Source: a virus
Strand: one strand, 5' to 3'
DNA: 64,000 nucleotides
Virus record (IMG/VR): IMGVR_UViG_3300032093_000017
The notes beneath the pieces are model-generated. The model was not told where the DNA came from. It did no database searches and was given only the letters and a program-made list of their open reading frames with translations. The translations under genes were made by a program, and so were the position numbers. Shown here piece by piece: positions 10,181 through 18,864 of this stretch. Numbering within the stretch: position 1 is the first letter of the stretch; each line of letters starts with the position of its first letter.

Positions 10181-10980
10181 TGAAAGTTGGAATAATCGGA
10201 AATGGATTTGTTGGTAATGCCATATACCAAAATCTAAAAAATAAGATTCAAAATTTATTTGTTTTTGATGTTGATGAAAACAAATCTTTAAATTCTTATG
10301 ATGAAACTATAAATTCAGATATTGTTTTTGTTTGTCTTCCAACACCAATGAAAAATAAAATGGGTGGAGGGTGTAATTTATCTTATATTGAATCATTTTT
10401 TGATACTCTTCCTAAAAATCTATCTGGAATTTTTGTTATAAAATCTACTGTTCCTATTGGAACTACCGAGGAATTGAGTGAAAAAAGATTAGATCTAAAA
10501 ATAATTCATAATCCAGAATTCTTAACTGCCAGAAATTCTGTAGAAGATTTTAATAATGCTGATAGAAATATTATTGGTGGAGAAAAAGAATCATCTCAAA
10601 AACTAGAAAATTTTTATTTAAACTATTTTCCTCATATCAAAACTATTTTAGTTTCTTCTGAAGAATCTGAATCAATAAAATACTTTTCTAACACATATCT
10701 TTCAATGAAAGTTACTTATTTTAATTTAATGTTTGATTTATGTGACAAACTTGGAATTGATTTTGAAAAAGTTAGAAGTGGTGTTTGTTTGGATAAAAGG
10801 ATTGGTGAATCTCATAGTTTGGTTCCGGGTATTGATGGAGACAGGGGATTTGGTGGAACTTGTTTTCCGAAAGATTTAAATGCTCTTAATGAAACTTTTA
10901 ATGATAACGATTTGAATAGTTCTATATTTTCTGAGATTTGGAATTATAACATTAAGATTAGAAAAAATATTGATTGGTGA
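10180..10980 (+). CDS. UDP-glucose/GDP-mannose dehydrogenase family (short form)
   Basis: GNGFVG, CLPTP, KSTVP, NPEFL and GFGGTCFPKD motifs. Confidence 0.85.
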   Translation: MKVGIIGNGFVGNAIYQNLKNKIQNLFVFDVDENKSLNSYDETINSDIVFVCLPTPMKNKMGGGCNLSYIESFFDTLPKNLSGIFVIKSTVPIGTTEELSEKRLDLKIIHNPEFLTARNSVEDFNNADRNIIGGEKESSQKLENFYLNYFPHIKTILVSSEESESIKYFSNTYLSMKVTYFNLMFDLCDKLGIDFEKVRSGVCLDKRIGESHSLVPGIDGDRGFGGTCFPKDLNALNETFNDNDLNSSIFSEIWNYNIKIRKNIDW

Positions 10981-11033
10981 ATATAATTTAGAAAATCATA
11001 ATACAATTAGGTATAAATTACTACTAGAGGGGC

Positions 11034-11080
11034 TTGACCCCTCTTTATTTTTGCTATATACTTTTGTAATGTTTCTTAAC
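11034..11080 (+). promoter_or_regulatory. Sigma70 promoter of hli with a degenerate HLR1 (RpaB) site
   Basis: TTGACC-17 nt-TATACT, followed by TTTGTAATGTTTCTTAAC (reverse complement GTTAAGAA-AC-ATTACAAA). Confidence 0.6.
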
Positions 11081-11089
11081 AAAACTTAT

Positions 11090-11299
11090 ATGACTGTAAC
11101 AACCAATGAACGTGGTCAGCAAAATATGTGGGCAATTGAACCCCCTGTTTATATTTCTGACGAAGATGCTATCAAATATGGAATGAAGACTTATGCTGAA
11201 CGTGCAGAACTTGCCAATGGACGCTGGGCAATGGTCGGTTTTGTTGCTGGTATCATTTCTTATGCTAGCACTGGCAACTTCTTCTTCGGAGTCTTCTGA
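11090..11299 (+). CDS. hli: High-light inducible protein
   Basis: AELANGRWAMVGF chlorophyll-binding motif. Confidence 0.9.
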   Translation: MTVTTNERGQQNMWAIEPPVYISDEDAIKYGMKTYAERAELANGRWAMVGFVAGIISYASTGNFFFGVF

Positions 11300-11385
11300 T
11301 GACTGAAGTAATCTTCACACTCACTGCAGTTGCCTTTTTCGTACTTTTGGGTTATGCTGTAGAGAAAGTCGCAGAAACTTACTGA
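11299..11385 (+). CDS. 28-aa single-TM peptide
   Basis: MTEVIFTLTAVAFFVLLGYAVEKVAETY; TGATG translational coupling at both ends. Confidence 0.55.
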   Translation: MTEVIFTLTAVAFFVLLGYAVEKVAETY

Positions 11386-11549
11386 TGAGTGCTGGAATGC
11401 TTGGGCAACTTAGTCTTGCCCTTCAACAACTTGTAGAAGAAGGTGCCTGGTCTGATGATGATGAACTTAAAGTTTGTATCGCAGGCACCCTAAAGAAAGA
11501 CAAATTTATTGTTATTCAAAACACAACTAAAAGAGGAGAAACAAAATGA
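11385..11549 (+). CDS. Hypothetical protein (54 aa)
   Basis: MSAGMLGQL...; coupled to both neighbours. Confidence 0.55.
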   Translation: MSAGMLGQLSLALQQLVEEGAWSDDDELKVCIAGTLKKDKFIVIQNTTKRGETK

Positions 11550-11665
11550 AAAATCTTTTTACTGAAAAGGCGGAACGTATTAATGGTTGGTTTGCAATGA
11601 TTGGATTCGTTGCTGCTGTCGGTTCTTATCTTGTTACTGGGCAAGTAATTCCAGGTGTATTTTGA
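11546..11665 (+). CDS. hli: High-light inducible protein (short, 39 aa)
   Basis: AERINGWFAMIGF...TGQVIPGVF; AGGAG RBS. Confidence 0.9.
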   Translation: MKNLFTEKAERINGWFAMIGFVAAVGSYLVTGQVIPGVF

Positions 11666-11676
11666 TGGAGGTTACT

Positions 11677-12204
11677 ATGCGTAAAGAACAATATCAAGTT
11701 CCTCAAGTAGAATTCGTATTTCGTGAGTCTGGTGAGTTTGTAAATAAAACATCTGCAGATCTTTTCGATGGAAAACGTGTGGTTATTTTTAGCTTGCCTG
11801 GTGCTTTCACTCCTACTTGCAGTGCCTATCAGTTACCTGGATTCGAAGAGAAATATGACGACTTTCTGGGTCTCGGCATCGACGATATTTACTGCATCTC
11901 TGTTAATGATGGGTTTGTGATGAATGCCTGGGCACAAGACCAAAACATTGAGAAAGTCAAACTCATTCCAGACGGCAATGCTTACTTCACACGTTCTATG
12001 GGAATGCTTGTCAATAAGTCTAACCTTGGTTTCGGAGATCGCTCTTGGCGTTATGCTGCAGTCGTGGATAACGGAATCATCGAAAAACTATTCGTTGAAG
12101 TGGGGCAACGGGACAATGCAGACACCGACCCTTACGAAACGACTACTCCAGAAGTGGTTTTCGAATATGTGAAGATAACTGTTAGGGAAACATCACAAGT
12201 TTGA
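11677..12204 (+). CDS. Peroxiredoxin (Prx5 / type II)
   Basis: PGAFTPTCS and SVNDGFVMNAW motifs; GGAGG RBS. Confidence 0.9.
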   Translation: MRKEQYQVPQVEFVFRESGEFVNKTSADLFDGKRVVIFSLPGAFTPTCSAYQLPGFEEKYDDFLGLGIDDIYCISVNDGFVMNAWAQDQNIEKVKLIPDGNAYFTRSMGMLVNKSNLGFGDRSWRYAAVVDNGIIEKLFVEVGQRDNADTDPYETTTPEVVFEYVKITVRETSQV

Positions 12205-12223
12205 AATAATAAGATATAATATG

Positions 12224-12257
12224 AAACCCTGTTGCTAAATAAGCAGCAGGGTTTTTT
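12224..12257 (+). terminator. Intrinsic terminator with a late promoter in its loop
   Basis: AAACCCTGTTGC-TAAATAA-GCAGCAGGGTTTTTT. Confidence 0.7.
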
Positions 12258-12263
12258 AGTATT

Positions 12264-12428
12264 ATGCCACGCGGACAATTGACCAAAGAAATCATTAAGT
12301 GTGAAGTTCTCAAATTAAAATCTGAGTTAGATAAGGAGTGGATGAATAAAACTGAATATGATCCAAAATGGTTGGCACACCATTATTTAAATAAGGTTAT
12401 TGACAAAATAGAAGAGTATAGGCATTGA
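12264..12428 (+). CDS. Hypothetical protein (54 aa)
   Basis: MPRGQLTKEII...EEYRH; follows a TAAATA promoter. Confidence 0.55.
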   Translation: MPRGQLTKEIIKCEVLKLKSELDKEWMNKTEYDPKWLAHHYLNKVIDKIEEYRH

Positions 12429-12465
12429 AATGGATAAATATCTTCAGTGTTTAGAAATATAAAAA

Positions 12466-13137
12466 ATGACATTAGATCTTCATAACTTTTTCAAGTATTA
12501 TGATGATGGTAATGCGAATCATGTATCAGCAGTTCAATGGTTAGAGGATAACCTTCCTGCTCAATTTATGGATGACTCAGAATCTGAATGGATTGGAATT
12601 TTTAGAACAAAACCACCAACTCCAGCAGTTCTTGATGTTCCATACTTTAACCAAGTAGACAACTATAGAGATGCACAAAGAACTTGCAACTCTTCATCGT
12701 GTGCAATGTGTCTTGCTTTCCTCAAACCAGGAAGCATTAAAGGTGATGATGAGTATGTTAAGAAAGTATTTGCGATTGGTGATACTACAGACCATGCAGT
12801 TCAAACTAAAGTTCTACAAGGTTATGGTATTAAATCACACTTTAGTTATAATTTAAGTTTTGTTGATATTGATAAGAGTCTTGATAGAGGAAAACCTGTT
12901 GTTATTGGTATTCTTCACCGTGGTTCTCTAACTTCTCCTACTGGTGGGCACATGTGCGTGGTCATTGGTAAGACTCCAGATGGTAAGGGATATTATATTA
13001 ATGATCCTTATGGTTCTCTCAATGACAATTATACTGGTCCCGTAACGAATGGTAAGAAAACCATTTATACCAAAGCAGTTCTTAAGCACCGTTGGGCACC
13101 TACCGGAGGGGACGGATGGGGTCGTATCTTTGATTGA
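12466..13137 (+). CDS. Peptidase C39-like protein with an N-terminal domain shared with the lysozyme
   Basis: VPYFNQ, CNSSSCAM, GHMCVVIG and INDPYG motifs. Confidence 0.8.
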   Translation: MTLDLHNFFKYYDDGNANHVSAVQWLEDNLPAQFMDDSESEWIGIFRTKPPTPAVLDVPYFNQVDNYRDAQRTCNSSSCAMCLAFLKPGSIKGDDEYVKKVFAIGDTTDHAVQTKVLQGYGIKSHFSYNLSFVDIDKSLDRGKPVVIGILHRGSLTSPTGGHMCVVIGKTPDGKGYYINDPYGSLNDNYTGPVTNGKKTIYTKAVLKHRWAPTGGDGWGRIFD

Positions 13138-13144
13138 TAAATAA

Positions 13145-13204
13145 TAATGCCTTAATTGGTTCGCATCTTTAAGGTAGAGGGGGAGCAGAAATGCTCCTTT
13201 TCTT
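13145..13204 (+). ncRNA. Putative small late RNA (two hairpins) antisense to the endonuclease leader
   Basis: TAAATA at 13138; hairpin GCCTTAA-loop-TTAAGGT; GAAA-tetraloop terminator; loop complementary to 13218-13227. Confidence 0.45.
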
Positions 13205-13240
13205 GTATAAATACTATTGCGAACCAATTTAAGAGTAGAA

Positions 13241-13876
13241 ATGATAAATCCTAACAGGTTTTATACCTATGCCTATTTGCGTGAGGATAGAACTCCTTAT
13301 TACATAGGTAAGGGAGTAAGATATAGATTATTTGAAGGTAGTGGAAAACCTTGTCCTGTTCCAAAAGATAAAAATAGAATAATCTTTCTCAAACAAAATC
13401 TTATAGAAGAGGAAGCATTTAAACACGAAACTTATATGATAAGTGTGTTCGGCAGAAAGATTGATGGTGGAATTCTTTTGAATAAAACTTTTGGTGGTGA
13501 AGGTGCTTCTGGTAGAGTAGTCAAAGATTCCACCAGAGTAATTCTTAAAGAGAAATGTAGTGGGTGGAAACACACACCAGAAGCAATAGAAAAAATAAGA
13601 CAAAGTTCTTTGAGTAGGATATATTCCCCAAAAAGTGAGGAAACAAAAAGAAAAATAAGTAATACTCTAAAAGGAAGAAAATTATCAAAAGAGTTGGTAG
13701 ATAAAAGAACTCAATCTGTCTGTAAAAATACTTATGTCATAATATCACCAGATGGGGTTAAATATAATACCAATAATTTAAAAGAATTCCAAAGACAAAA
13801 TAATTTAAAACATCTTTATGATGTGGTTTCTGGTAAAAGGAAACAAGAGAAAGGTTGGACTGCTTTTAAAATATAA
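13241..13876 (+). mobile_element. Free-standing homing endonuclease, GIY-YIG-like with NUMOD3 repeats
   Basis: FYTYAY...YYIGKG, E, LLNKTFGGEG; HTPEAIEKI and SEETKRKIS repeats; TATAAATA at 13206. Confidence 0.8.
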
Positions 13877-13898
13877 ATAACTAAAAAGGATTCGCAAG

Positions 13899-14342
13899 AT
13901 GGACGCACAAGATTTTCGTAGTCTTCAAGAAGCATATTTGGAAGTCGTTAGTAATAATAATGAGTTGAGTGAAATGTCTTATAAAAAACTTCCTGTCGGC
14001 AAAATGATGAGAAAAGTTGAATATAGGGCAGAAAGAGAAGCAGATACGAGAGCAGATGCAGAAACAGCAGACACAACTGCTTTTATGAGTCATAATCGGG
14101 CATTAAGAGCGCACAAACGCGCAGAAAGAAATAAAGAAAGAAGCAATAGAATGATAAATGTTGCTGATACTCATAGTAAGAAAGCAGCAAAGGCAAAATC
14201 AAAACTTAAAAAAGAACAAGTAGACATCTACGACATCATCCTCTCACACTTACTTGATGAAGGATATGCTGAAACTCCAGAAGCAGCAGAAGCAATTATG
14301 GTGAATATGAGTGAAGATTGGAGAGAGAGTATTATTGGTTAA
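13899..14342 (+). CDS. Late protein with conserved ends and a variable core, copy 1
   Basis: Termini nearly identical to 21650-22120; TATAAATA at 13872. Confidence 0.8.
   Translation: MDAQDFRSLQEAYLEVVSNNNELSEMSYKKLPVGKMMRKVEYRAEREADTRADAETADTTAFMSHNRALRAHKRAERNKERSNRMINVADTHSKKAAKAKSKLKKEQVDIYDIILSHLLDEGYAETPEAAEAIMVNMSEDWRESIIG
14223..14342 (+). repeat. 120-nt dispersed repeat, copy A
   Basis: 112/120 nt identical to 22001-22120 by manual comparison. Confidence 0.9.
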
Positions 14343-14348
14343 ATACTT

Positions 14349-14495
14349 ATGGAGAATGAAAACTCCTCGATTAATTTCAAGAGAAAGATCTTACAAAGAA
14401 TTAAAGATCTTACAAATCACGGAAAGCACTTAGAAGCTTCCAAACTTTTCAACAAATACTTTGGAGACGACAATGGCAAGAATCGATTTACATAA
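14349..14495 (+). CDS. Hypothetical protein (48 aa)
   Basis: MENENSSINF...; follows TAAATA; overlaps the lysozyme start. Confidence 0.4.
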   Translation: MENENSSINFKRKILQRIKDLTNHGKHLEASKLFNKYFGDDNGKNRFT

Positions 14496-15144
14496 CTTCT
14501 TCAAGTTCTATGACGAGAAGAACCCTAATCATGTGAAAGCAGTTCAATGGTTAGAAGATAACCTACCAGTCAAGTATCTGGAAGATAACGTAGATTGGGC
14601 GGAGATCTACAGAGGAAAAAAGGGTAATGCGGCACCAGCATCAGCACCATCTGCTGCCGCTCCTGTAGTTGGTGGTGACGATATGCCTATGATGGGTCTT
14701 AAATTAATCAAAGAGTTTGAAGGATGCCATCTGAAAGCATATCCAGATCCTCTCACTGGTGGACTTCCAATCACAATTGGTTGGGGTTCAACCCGCAAGA
14801 AGGATGGATCTGCATTCCATATGGGTGATACTCTCACACAAACAGAAGCAGATGAACTTTTGATTGAACAATGCAAGAGAGAATTTCTTCCTGCACTTCG
14901 CAAAATTCCACACTGGAATGAAATGTCTGATGGTAAAAAAGGTGCCCTACTTTCTTTTGCTTATAATCTCGGTGCTGGTTTTTATGGTTCTGGTGATTTT
15001 AATACTATCACTAAGAGACTGAAGAATAAAGAATGGGACTTAGTTCCCGATGCTTTATATCTCTACAGAAATCCTGGTTCAAATGTAGAAGCAGGTCTTG
15101 CTCGTAGAAGAAAAGCAGAAGGTGAATCTTGGAAAAAAGGTTAA
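14473..15144 (+). CDS. GH24 lysozyme (endolysin-like)
   Basis: IKEFEG..LKAYPD...TIGWG, SFAYNLG and GLARRRKAE motifs. Confidence 0.9.
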   Translation: MARIDLHNFFKFYDEKNPNHVKAVQWLEDNLPVKYLEDNVDWAEIYRGKKGNAAPASAPSAAAPVVGGDDMPMMGLKLIKEFEGCHLKAYPDPLTGGLPITIGWGSTRKKDGSAFHMGDTLTQTEADELLIEQCKREFLPALRKIPHWNEMSDGKKGALLSFAYNLGAGFYGSGDFNTITKRLKNKEWDLVPDALYLYRNPGSNVEAGLARRRKAEGESWKKG

Positions 15145-15162
15145 CCCTATTCACAAAGGAAA

Positions 15163-15519
15163 ATGACTACTAAGAAAAACGAAAATGCTATGGGACAACT
15201 AATTCGTATATGTATCTTGGGTTGGTCTGCTGCTCTTCTCACTGCAAGTTATGCGGGTACTCTATCTAAGATGGACCCAACTTTTATTGCTACAGTCTTC
15301 ACTGCATCTGCTGCTACTTTTGGTATTAATACAATGAAGAAAGGTGGAGATGATGAAGATGAAAAAAAGCAAGAACCTAAAAGAGAGGAGTTTGTAGAAA
15401 CTCCACCAGAACCACCTGCTCCTGAAGCACCACCAGAAACTCTTGAAGCAAGAGTGGAAGCACTGGAAACTAAAGTAGAAGATGGTGAAGGATTCGTTCA
15501 ACCACGCACAGGAGCATAA
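15163..15519 (+). CDS. Membrane protein (holin candidate)
   Basis: Two hydrophobic segments and a charged tail, directly after the lysozyme. Confidence 0.45.
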   Translation: MTTKKNENAMGQLIRICILGWSAALLTASYAGTLSKMDPTFIATVFTASAATFGINTMKKGGDDEDEKKQEPKREEFVETPPEPPAPEAPPETLEARVEALETKVEDGEGFVQPRTGA

Positions 15520-15632
15520 TGGCAAAATCAGCAAACAAAGGTAAGAAGGGTTCTTCTGGAGGAAAACAATCCAAGCAGAACCAGGGCAATGCTACAGCAA
15601 AGAAAGCAAAAAACGGTGGTAAGAAAAAATAA
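15519..15632 (+). CDS. Lys/Gly-rich 37-aa peptide
   Basis: MAKSANKGKKGSSGGKQ...KKK; GGAG RBS; TAATG coupling. Confidence 0.55.
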   Translation: MAKSANKGKKGSSGGKQSKQNQGNATAKKAKNGGKKK

Positions 15633-15732
15633 TGTTACTAGAAATTTTAATTGCTGGTAATATTATAATTGGACCCAATTTATGTAAAGTTGATTTTATA
15701 CACAATGGACATTTATATACGGTTGAATACAA

Positions 15733-15933
15733 ATGCCAAGAGAATGGAACACTCCTAAGAGAGAATCGTGGAATTCCCCCATCCACAACATATTGAAAGC
15801 AATAGATAACCACACCCGTCTCCATATGGAGACGGGTGATTTTTGGCACGAAGAACAAGCACAAATTCTAAGAAAGTATGTTAAAGATTTAAAAATTTGG
15901 ATTCACAAGCAAGAAGGTGTTTGGGATGAATGA
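15733..15933 (+). CDS. Hypothetical protein
   Basis: ORF MPREWNTP...; within the operon. Confidence 0.55.
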   Translation: MPREWNTPKRESWNSPIHNILKAIDNHTRLHMETGDFWHEEQAQILRKYVKDLKIWIHKQEGVWDE

Positions 15934-16031
15934 ATTTCCTTGGGGTGTAATTATAATTCTTTGTTCTGGTTTGATATTTACTGCCTATGTAATTTACTAC
16001 ATATTAAAGTTAGCATATTTGGAGATGAAAG

Positions 16032-16244
16032 ATGAAACATCTGAGTCTGATCCTATCAATCACAAGTCTCACCATTAGTGGTGCTCTTTGTGTAGGTGCT
16101 TATATTACTTACCAAAAAGCACAAAAGATTTTGGATAATCCAGAAGAATTTGTTGGTGCTGTTGTGGAGAAGCAAGTCACTAAAGCATTTGATAAACTTC
16201 CTATTCCTAAGATAAATACTGAGAAGTTTAAATTACCATTCTAA
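16032..16244 (+). CDS. Membrane-anchored hypothetical protein
   Basis: N-terminal hydrophobic helix. Confidence 0.55.
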   Translation: MKHLSLILSITSLTISGALCVGAYITYQKAQKILDNPEEFVGAVVEKQVTKAFDKLPIPKINTEKFKLPF

Positions 16245-16654
16245 TGGATAAAGACCCATATATCTACAGAGTAAAACAGGTATTAAGAGTAGTTGATGGT
16301 GACACAATCGATGCGGACATTGATCTTGGGTTCGATATTTCTCTTACTAAGCGAGTACGCCTTAGTGGTGTTGATACTCCGGAAAGTCGTACAACCGATC
16401 TCAAAGAAAAAGCACTTGGATTAGAAGTCAAAGAATGGTTGAAAAAAAATCTTGATGGTAAAAAAAATATTCTCATTAAAACGGAACTTCCAGACTCAAC
16501 TGAAAAGTATGGGAGAATTCTTGGAAGGTTATATGTTGATGATGTATGTCTTAATGATCGTATGATTGCTGAAGGATATGCTTGGGAATACTCAGGAGGA
16601 ACCAAAGTGAAGGATTTTGCTTTACTAGAATCAAAAAGAAAGTCGAGCTGCTAA
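16244..16654 (+). CDS. Thermonuclease (SNase family)
   Basis: VVDGDT, RLSGVDTPE and KYGRILG motifs. Confidence 0.85.
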   Translation: MDKDPYIYRVKQVLRVVDGDTIDADIDLGFDISLTKRVRLSGVDTPESRTTDLKEKALGLEVKEWLKKNLDGKKNILIKTELPDSTEKYGRILGRLYVDDVCLNDRMIAEGYAWEYSGGTKVKDFALLESKRKSSC

Positions 16655-17461
16655 TTTTTTAGCAATCTTTTTAGCGGGGGCAAAGAGAGGTTTAAATCTT
16701 TCTTTGCCTTCTTTTGTAAATTTATCTTTTATTACATCATCAATAATTATTTTATTATCAATCTCATAGAGAGCATTAATTTCAACTTGATCCCGAATGT
16801 ATTGTTCTATATTAGTTACTTGTTCTACTAGACGAGTTCCTTCTGCAGAATATTCAAAGATATCAATATGACCTTCTTCTGCTAGAACATAATGTAGGAC
16901 AGGTTTAACTTGTTTGATTTTAATTTTAAATTTGTTCTTGGTTGCTTCTTTGATGATTGGTTCTGCAGCATTCTTTAAAGCATTCAAAACTGTTGTAGAT
17001 GCTATTGTCGCAGCAGTGGTTACTACTGCGACAGCACCAGCCGTAGCAACAAGAGAAGGGTCAGGTAAATTAATATCGACTCCATAAACACTAAAAGTGG
17101 GTTGAGGTTTAGTATCTGCTGGTATTTCAGCAATCGGCACTTGGGAAGGAGGAGTTTGAGTAATCTGATTCAGTTGAAGAGGTGGGGTAGTATCTGGAAG
17201 ACCTCTTGGTTTTTCTTCCTTTAGATCTTCTTGTTTCTTTTGTTCTGCTCTCACTGCATAATCAAACTCTTCTTGTGTTGGGACATCAATTACTGGATAA
17301 TTGATAGTCGTATCTGGCATATTAATAATTGGCATATCAACACTTGGTATCACAGATCGTTCTGCTTTCCTAATTACGGGAGGTTCTATTGTTGGAATAA
17401 TTGATGGAGCATCAATCCTAGAAGAATTAATTTTTATTGGTTTTATTTCCATTTGCCACAT
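16631..17461 (-). CDS. Hypothetical Pro-rich membrane protein
   Basis: ORF in the minus-strand operon; one hydrophobic segment. Confidence 0.6.
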   Translation of the reverse strand: MWQMEIKPIKINSSRIDAPSIIPTIEPPVIRKAERSVIPSVDMPIINMPDTTINYPVIDVPTQEEFDYAVRAEQKKQEDLKEEKPRGLPDTTPPLQLNQITQTPPSQVPIAEIPADTKPQPTFSVYGVDINLPDPSLVATAGAVAVVTTAATIASTTVLNALKNAAEPIIKEATKNKFKIKIKQVKPVLHYVLAEEGHIDIFEYSAEGTRLVEQVTNIEQYIRDQVEINALYEIDNKIIIDDVIKDKFTKEGKERFKPLFAPAKKIAKKLAARLSF

Positions 17462-18011
17462 CCTGTATTCTTGGATACTTCACTACTATATCAGCACATA
17501 TTTTTGCATAAGGACTATCTGGATGAAATGAAATTCCATTCTTCACTGCCTCACCACACTTTAAAAGTCTCACAAGTTCAAAATCGAGTCTTGCTTTATC
17601 TGCTTCTGCTTGCTGTCTTGTAATTTCTACACGAGCTCGTGCCTTACAAAGTTCTTGTAATGAACCATCAAGAGGAAAATTAAAACCCAAACTCACTCCA
17701 AAGTTTCCACTATGAGATTGGTATGATGTTGGATCTTGACTTCCATTAAAACTTCCCAAAGAAAATGGGGCAATACTCATTGTAGGACCTTGACAAGAAA
17801 CTCCATTGCCAAATGTATTCAAGGCATAAGGACCTTGAAGCACCTGAACTGCCTGGTTAGTTACATTACCAGTTGCAGATGCTGAAGGTCCCGCAATATT
17901 TGTATTGCTTGGTGCCTGTTGTGCAAAAGCAGAAGTTCCGATTAATATTATTGCGTAAAGACTGATATAGTATTTGCTATAGAATCTTCCGTAGTTTTTC
18001 TGTCTATCCAT
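17427..18011 (-). CDS. Secreted hypothetical protein
   Basis: Signal-peptide-like segment ending AFA; several Cys. Confidence 0.6.
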   Translation of the reverse strand: MDRQKNYGRFYSKYYISLYAIILIGTSAFAQQAPSNTNIAGPSASATGNVTNQAVQVLQGPYALNTFGNGVSCQGPTMSIAPFSLGSFNGSQDPTSYQSHSGNFGVSLGFNFPLDGSLQELCKARARVEITRQQAEADKARLDFELVRLLKCGEAVKNGISFHPDSPYAKICADIVVKYPRIQDVANGNKTNKN

Positions 18012-18310
18012 GTTTCCTTTGCCACTCCAGGAGTCAGATAAGTCTCACTAAATTGGAATGGAGCACCTTGAGTTTGAATTGTGTAATTCATACCAGGAGT
18101 AGGAGTTCCTGGTATATTAATATTGGTGCCAGTGACTGTGTAAGATGTCCCAGTTGTATATTCTATTTGTTTGATGACCTCAACCACTTCAGTGCGTGTT
18201 TTTGTTTCTGAGGTGATTGTCCCACTAGTGAAGTTGGGAGTTACTGGTCCAGCGTATGAGGGACACATAACTCCCAGAACTGCAACCAGTCCGAGAGTTA
18301 TGTGTCTCAT
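17948..18310 (-). CDS. Secreted hypothetical protein
   Basis: Signal peptide; Thr-rich. Confidence 0.6.
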   Translation of the reverse strand: MRHITLGLVAVLGVMCPSYAGPVTPNFTSGTITSETKTRTEVVEVIKQIEYTTGTSYTVTGTNINIPGTPTPGMNYTIQTQGAPFQFSETYLTPGVAKETWIDRKTTEDSIANTISVFTQ

Positions 18311-18768
18311 TTAAATACACTTAATTCGACGGATCTTTGTGCTGTTCCAGTGCTTCCAGGACCACCGGCAGTGATAGTAGCAACACCAGTAGGAGTTAAA
18401 GTGCCTGCAAGAGATCCTTTATCTCCACCTAACTGAGTAGTAGAGTTGCTATAAAGGTTGGGAGAAGCAATTGTTCCAGAAGCTGCCGACTGAGTGGTGA
18501 CAACAGTATCTGCAGTAATTGATGTTTCTGAAAAAGTAAATGCTTGACCTGCCGTATTGACTTCATAAGAACTGGCAGTTCCAATACCGCCGAATGTATT
18601 TGCTTTAATATTTGTACCCGATACTGCATATGAGGCTCCAATTCTTTCTGATTGGACCACTGCCCCTTGAACGTTTAATTGTACCGAATCAGTGATTTTA
18701 GATGTGATTTCAGCAGCACTTGTAGGAATGGCAAAGAATAACGAAAAGGCTAATAGAAGTCTTTTCAT
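18307..18768 (-). CDS. Secreted hypothetical protein
   Basis: MKRLLLAFSLFFAIPTSAA signal peptide; minus-strand TAAATA upstream. Confidence 0.65.
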   Translation of the reverse strand: MKRLLLAFSLFFAIPTSAAEITSKITDSVQLNVQGAVVQSERIGASYAVSGTNIKANTFGGIGTASSYEVNTAGQAFTFSETSITADTVVTTQSAASGTIASPNLYSNSTTQLGGDKGSLAGTLTPTGVATITAGGPGSTGTAQRSVELSVFK

Positions 18769-18864
18769 TTTTCTATTTTATAGGACTAAAAGTATTTATC
18801 GTCACCATTTTTCATATTTAACTACTTGTGGTATGATATAAATAAGTCGAATTTATTAAATTTT

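Noticed and set aside
10970-11089. N-terminal extension of hli given by the ORF track (likewise for peroxiredoxin, gp33 and GT10)
   Set aside because: The extensions overlap promoters or upstream genes; downstream ATGs fit better
13155-13170. GGTTCG suggesting a tRNA T-loop
   Set aside because: No cloverleaf; no tRNA was recognised anywhere in the window
14384-14416. 14-nt direct repeat AAAGATCTTACAAA
   Set aside because: Short, AT-rich and inside a small ORF; no supporting context
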